Source of the DNA: Phoronis australis | Lineage: Eukaryota; Animalia; Phoronida | Direction: 5' to 3' | Length of the DNA: 64,000 nucleotides | Assembly: GCA_002633005.1 (NCBI GenBank) | Contig: NMRA01000061.1 | Coordinates: 993,400-1,057,399 of the forward strand | Part shown: one piece after another, positions 55,152 to 64,000 of the stretch | Numbering within the stretch: the stretch's first letter is position 1 | Layout: each line of letters starts with the position of its first letter | Made by a program: the position numbers and the translations under genes | Notes under the pieces: model-generated | Told to the model about the DNA's origin: nothing | Databases searched by the model: none | What the model saw: the letters and a program-made list of their open reading frames with translations, nothing else

Positions 55152-55552
55152 ACCAAAGTCCTTCTATATGATAGCTTTTGGAATGACAAAAACGACGAAA
55201 ATTTCATTGAAATGGCACAAATCTGACTGTTGTCACTCGCCGACGTGAACCTGAAAAGCGGAAGTGTCACGTACGAACCGGAAATACAAATACGCGTGCG
55301 CAAGTTGGAAATATTTTCCAAAATCTCCTATTAATAGACATAGCAATGAACATAGACACCGTTTTGGGGTTACCACATGTCTATTTGTACTCCAATTGAG
55401 TCCAAATGGTCTTATTAAACCTGTGAAACAGGAGAACATGTCTTTTAAATCAAGCATCGTCAATATCTGTCACAGATGTCGCTCTCACATCACTTCCGCC
55501 ATCTCTGTTTTATCACAAACAAGTGACTTGCGTTATTTGTGCCTGCCAAAAT
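55152..55552. promoter_or_regulatory. Bidirectional promoter between LYSMD3 and C18orf32
   Basis: Divergent ATGs ~400 bp apart; ETS-like GCGGAAGTG (55258), ACCGGAAAT (55277) and CACTTCCGCCAT (55491). Confidence 0.7.
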
Positions 55553-56811
55553 ATGGTCTGTATTTCTTGTATAGTCATTCCTTTTGTTCTGTGGGTATTT
55601 CACAAATTCATCCAACCGTTTCTGAAATACTACAATCCTTGGGGAAAAGTGGACCAATCCAAGACAGAACAGGGGAGTGGAGAAGCTAATTCCAGTGTCC
55701 AGCCTGGTGTCATTGAGGGAGACAGTAAAAAATGCATATTTGCTGGGCAGGTATGGAGCCAAATTCTTCAGATTGTTGTTTGTTAATGAAATAAATTTCA
55801 CTGCACTGAATTAAACTTTATGTGTTGATGTTTATCAGTGTTTATTCAAAAACTACTTTCTTTGGATCTATAATTTCACAGCTACAAATTACTTTATTTT
55901 GTTAATTCCCAGAAAAGTCCATTTGGTCAGCGGTGAATTTCGGTTAAAAAGTACATTTTACAAAGTTCTGAGAAGTTTATTGTTACTTAGTTTGATTGTA
56001 CAGTATTGTTTATTTACTATGTTTTTTATGTGTATTGTCTTGTTATTGCCTTCAGCAAGAGCTGCAATAAGGTTATCTGTTGTCATACAAAACTGACTTG
56101 GTCAATTTTTAATTCCCACAGTCAATCCTTGTATTTTTGAATTTTGTTCAATGGCGTCAATCTTGAGCTTCCCCAATTGAATACGTTTTCCCCCAGACAC
56201 TTTGTTGAGTTCATTTCCCCATTTTCTCCAGATCAAGAGAACTTCTTTCTCCTAATCTGGAGAATTCTCTCGATTGGGAGAAATTCTCCCAGTTTGAAAA
56301 CCTGCCTCTGCTGAGCTAACAGTTTGTCGGCAACTTATAAAATTGTATGATTAATCTCAGCAGAGGGTGACTTAGGCTGTGCCAAAATTCTGGTGGGCTT
56401 GCTGTTTTGAGGGGTACGGATCTTTCCTTCAATTGTTGCAGTTGCCCCCCCCCCCTCGCCGGTGCATGAGCATTATATCACAGAGTCCACTTAAAGTTGT
56501 TAATCCTCAAGTTTGTTTTCCTGAAACAGACAAATGGTCCACTTCCATCAATGTTCGGTGTTTTACAACAATAATGTAAAATCACTGTTAATATATTATT
56601 TGGTGCTTTACCTGTTCTGGTGGTTTTAAATAGTAAAGTTGTTCTCTCAGTTTTAAAAAATAGCTAGAGAATTATTGAATCAAAGAAAGCACCAATGGTT
56701 AGCTTTCCTTTTGTATTTCATCCATAGCATGAGGATTGTTTTATTAGGATAATACTTTATTTTCAGGCAACAAATGGTGATGCACATTTTGAAGGCAAGA
56801 AAGAAAAGTGA
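55553..56811 (+). CDS. C18orf32: UPF0729 protein C18orf32 homolog (80 aa); exons 55553-55750, 56767-56811
   Basis: N-terminus MVCISCIVIPFVLWVFHKFIQP is diagnostic of the family; phase-0 GT-AG intron; lysine-rich C-terminus GKKEK*. Confidence 0.9.
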
Positions 56812-58305
56812 TCAGAGTCGACATCCAGTCACATAGAGATGTTTTGCATCACCTGACGTGTCAAAAGATTGGCAATAAATCTCTTTGGTGGTGATAGTAT
56901 CAATGTTCTCTTCGAAACATATTATTGAAGAACCTCTTTTTCAGCTCAAGGTACTGTTCTAGTGGTGGATCCCAATTTTGAACACTGATGCCTTTCTAAG
57001 ACAATTACCTCTGAAATTAAGTGCAATCGGACTGACCACATGATTGACAGCTGTGTCTGTTACAAATTTAAGGAAACTTAACTGGTGTAATGTGTTTAAT
57101 ATAAACCCACCTGCTGTCCCAAGAAAAAACAACTTGATTTAGGCTGCTTATGAAATTGGTCTTAAGTTTCCTTGGTTCATTTGATTTCTGGGCTTGGATA
57201 GAAATGAGTTTAATAGTCTTAGATGTCAGGATCTACAAATTGACTCGTCAGTGTTAATTTACGTGCCAAGCTGGGTCTTAGCACTTACAACCGTCAGTTC
57301 CTTGCAAGCCCAGGCGTCGCTTCTTGTCTGAGCAAGGAACTAGTAAAAACCAATTTCATAGCGGCAAGTTGTCTAAATCAAGTTGTTTGTGTTATATTAG
57401 CAGTAGCTTATGTGTGTTCACAAAACTGTATGAAATTTGCAGCACTTCAATATCGCTTGTGTCAGACTTGACCAGCTACATGGTATGTGTTTTCAGACTG
57501 CATTGGCCCTTTGTACAAGAGTGCTGAGAAAGATGACTGTGTCTTCAACATTAGTGTAGTTAAAACAAATTGTACGTTACGTCTTAATGTTCCATTTACT
57601 GTTTTCAAATTGCTATGTAATTTAACTTTGTTTCAAGAAGCTTAAGTTGAAAATAATCTTTTAGAACTGGACTATTTTTGAATAGCATAGTACATTAAAA
57701 TCTCCTCAATTAAGGGCACATTATGGCGAACAAGAGAAATTTTATTTTCTAATTTTTTTTCAGAAAAGACGTAGTTCACCATATTCAAACTTCTCTTACC
57801 ATAAAAAATATTAGAAGCTCTTGAAAAACGAAAAAGGGCAACCATTTTTGTCTGAAATTGGGGAGATTTTACCATATAATGTTCATGCTGTACAAAGTGC
57901 TTATGATTTTAAGGTTATTTATTGTGAAATACATCACTTGTGCTAGAGTGGCGTTATAAATTGAATGTACAAATAAACATAAACTTTTGACATGGCTCTT
58001 TGTATTTTATTCTTCCACAGCTATTTACAAACTGTCAAAGATTCCAGGCCGTCATGAGACATATTTCCCTTTGCGTGAGTGTCTAGGTAATTATGATATT
58101 GCACCAAAAATCACCACTCAACTACAGTCAAATACAATGACATTTTGATGAAAATTTTAAATGGGAATTGTCATTGTCTATTCGTTGCTTAATACCAAGC
58201 AATTTTGTACTGTTCTTGTGCTCTGAACATGCCATCCTTTGTACCCGCCTGCACATAGAGTTCTTAACTGTACCACAGATTTATATCACACCAACAGTTC
58301 CCTTG

Positions 58306-63517
<5,212 letters not shown>

Positions 63518-64000
63518 TCATCACATGCATAACGTAACAGATAGCGCACAGGTAGTTTATATCAAATGAATGGCCGACTTTAAAACAACCTAGAAGAAAG
63601 TCATGGTACGGAAAGAAGATAAATCCCAACAATTGGATTAAATTCAGTGCTACACTGGTCAGTCAAAACTGGCCAACTTTAAAGTAAGATAAAAAGAATG
63701 ATTTTAACTACTTAAAAGTAGTTTTAGATTAAACCGAAATAAGACCAAAGAATAAAGAAGTGCCAACTTGCCTTGTATTTTAATTCGATTTTTGTGACCC
63801 ATAAAAAATTGAATCTAAACATTGGACACTTGTAACTGTGTGGAACAGGATATCTCAAGGAAATAGTCACATTACTAAACAGTTACTTAACATACATTCA
63901 AGTCAATCAATAGAAAAGTACATACTTAATATGACAACCAGAACATCCTTAACTAGGGGAATAAACAACAAAATTCAAATCCTTCCAAAACATTAAATCA

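Overview
Eukaryotic (animal, most likely a bilaterian invertebrate) genomic scaffold, AT-rich, with spliced genes. Exons were reconstructed by hand from GT-AG junctions and reading-frame phase. The window holds the 3' part of a TSPAN3-like tetraspanin (+), a complete RNF115/RNF126-type RING-H2 E3 ligase (-) head-to-head with NDUFS4 (+), a predicted C-type-lectin + TLDc fusion gene (-), LYSMD3/4 (-) head-to-head with C18orf32/UPF0729 (+), and the 3' part of RIOK2 (-). Non-coding DNA carries many PIF/Harbinger-type MITEs, an L1/Tx1 remnant, and a Helentron/DINE-like element whose ~150-bp repeat array carries CTCF-like motifs. The last RIOK2 intron holds a 5'-truncated Penelope-like element with apparently perfect 247-bp inverted pseudo-LTRs, each containing a minimal type I hammerhead ribozyme. 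Three tandem duplications flanking single Ns are most likely haplotype/assembly artefacts. Gene names come from motif recognition, not from database searches.
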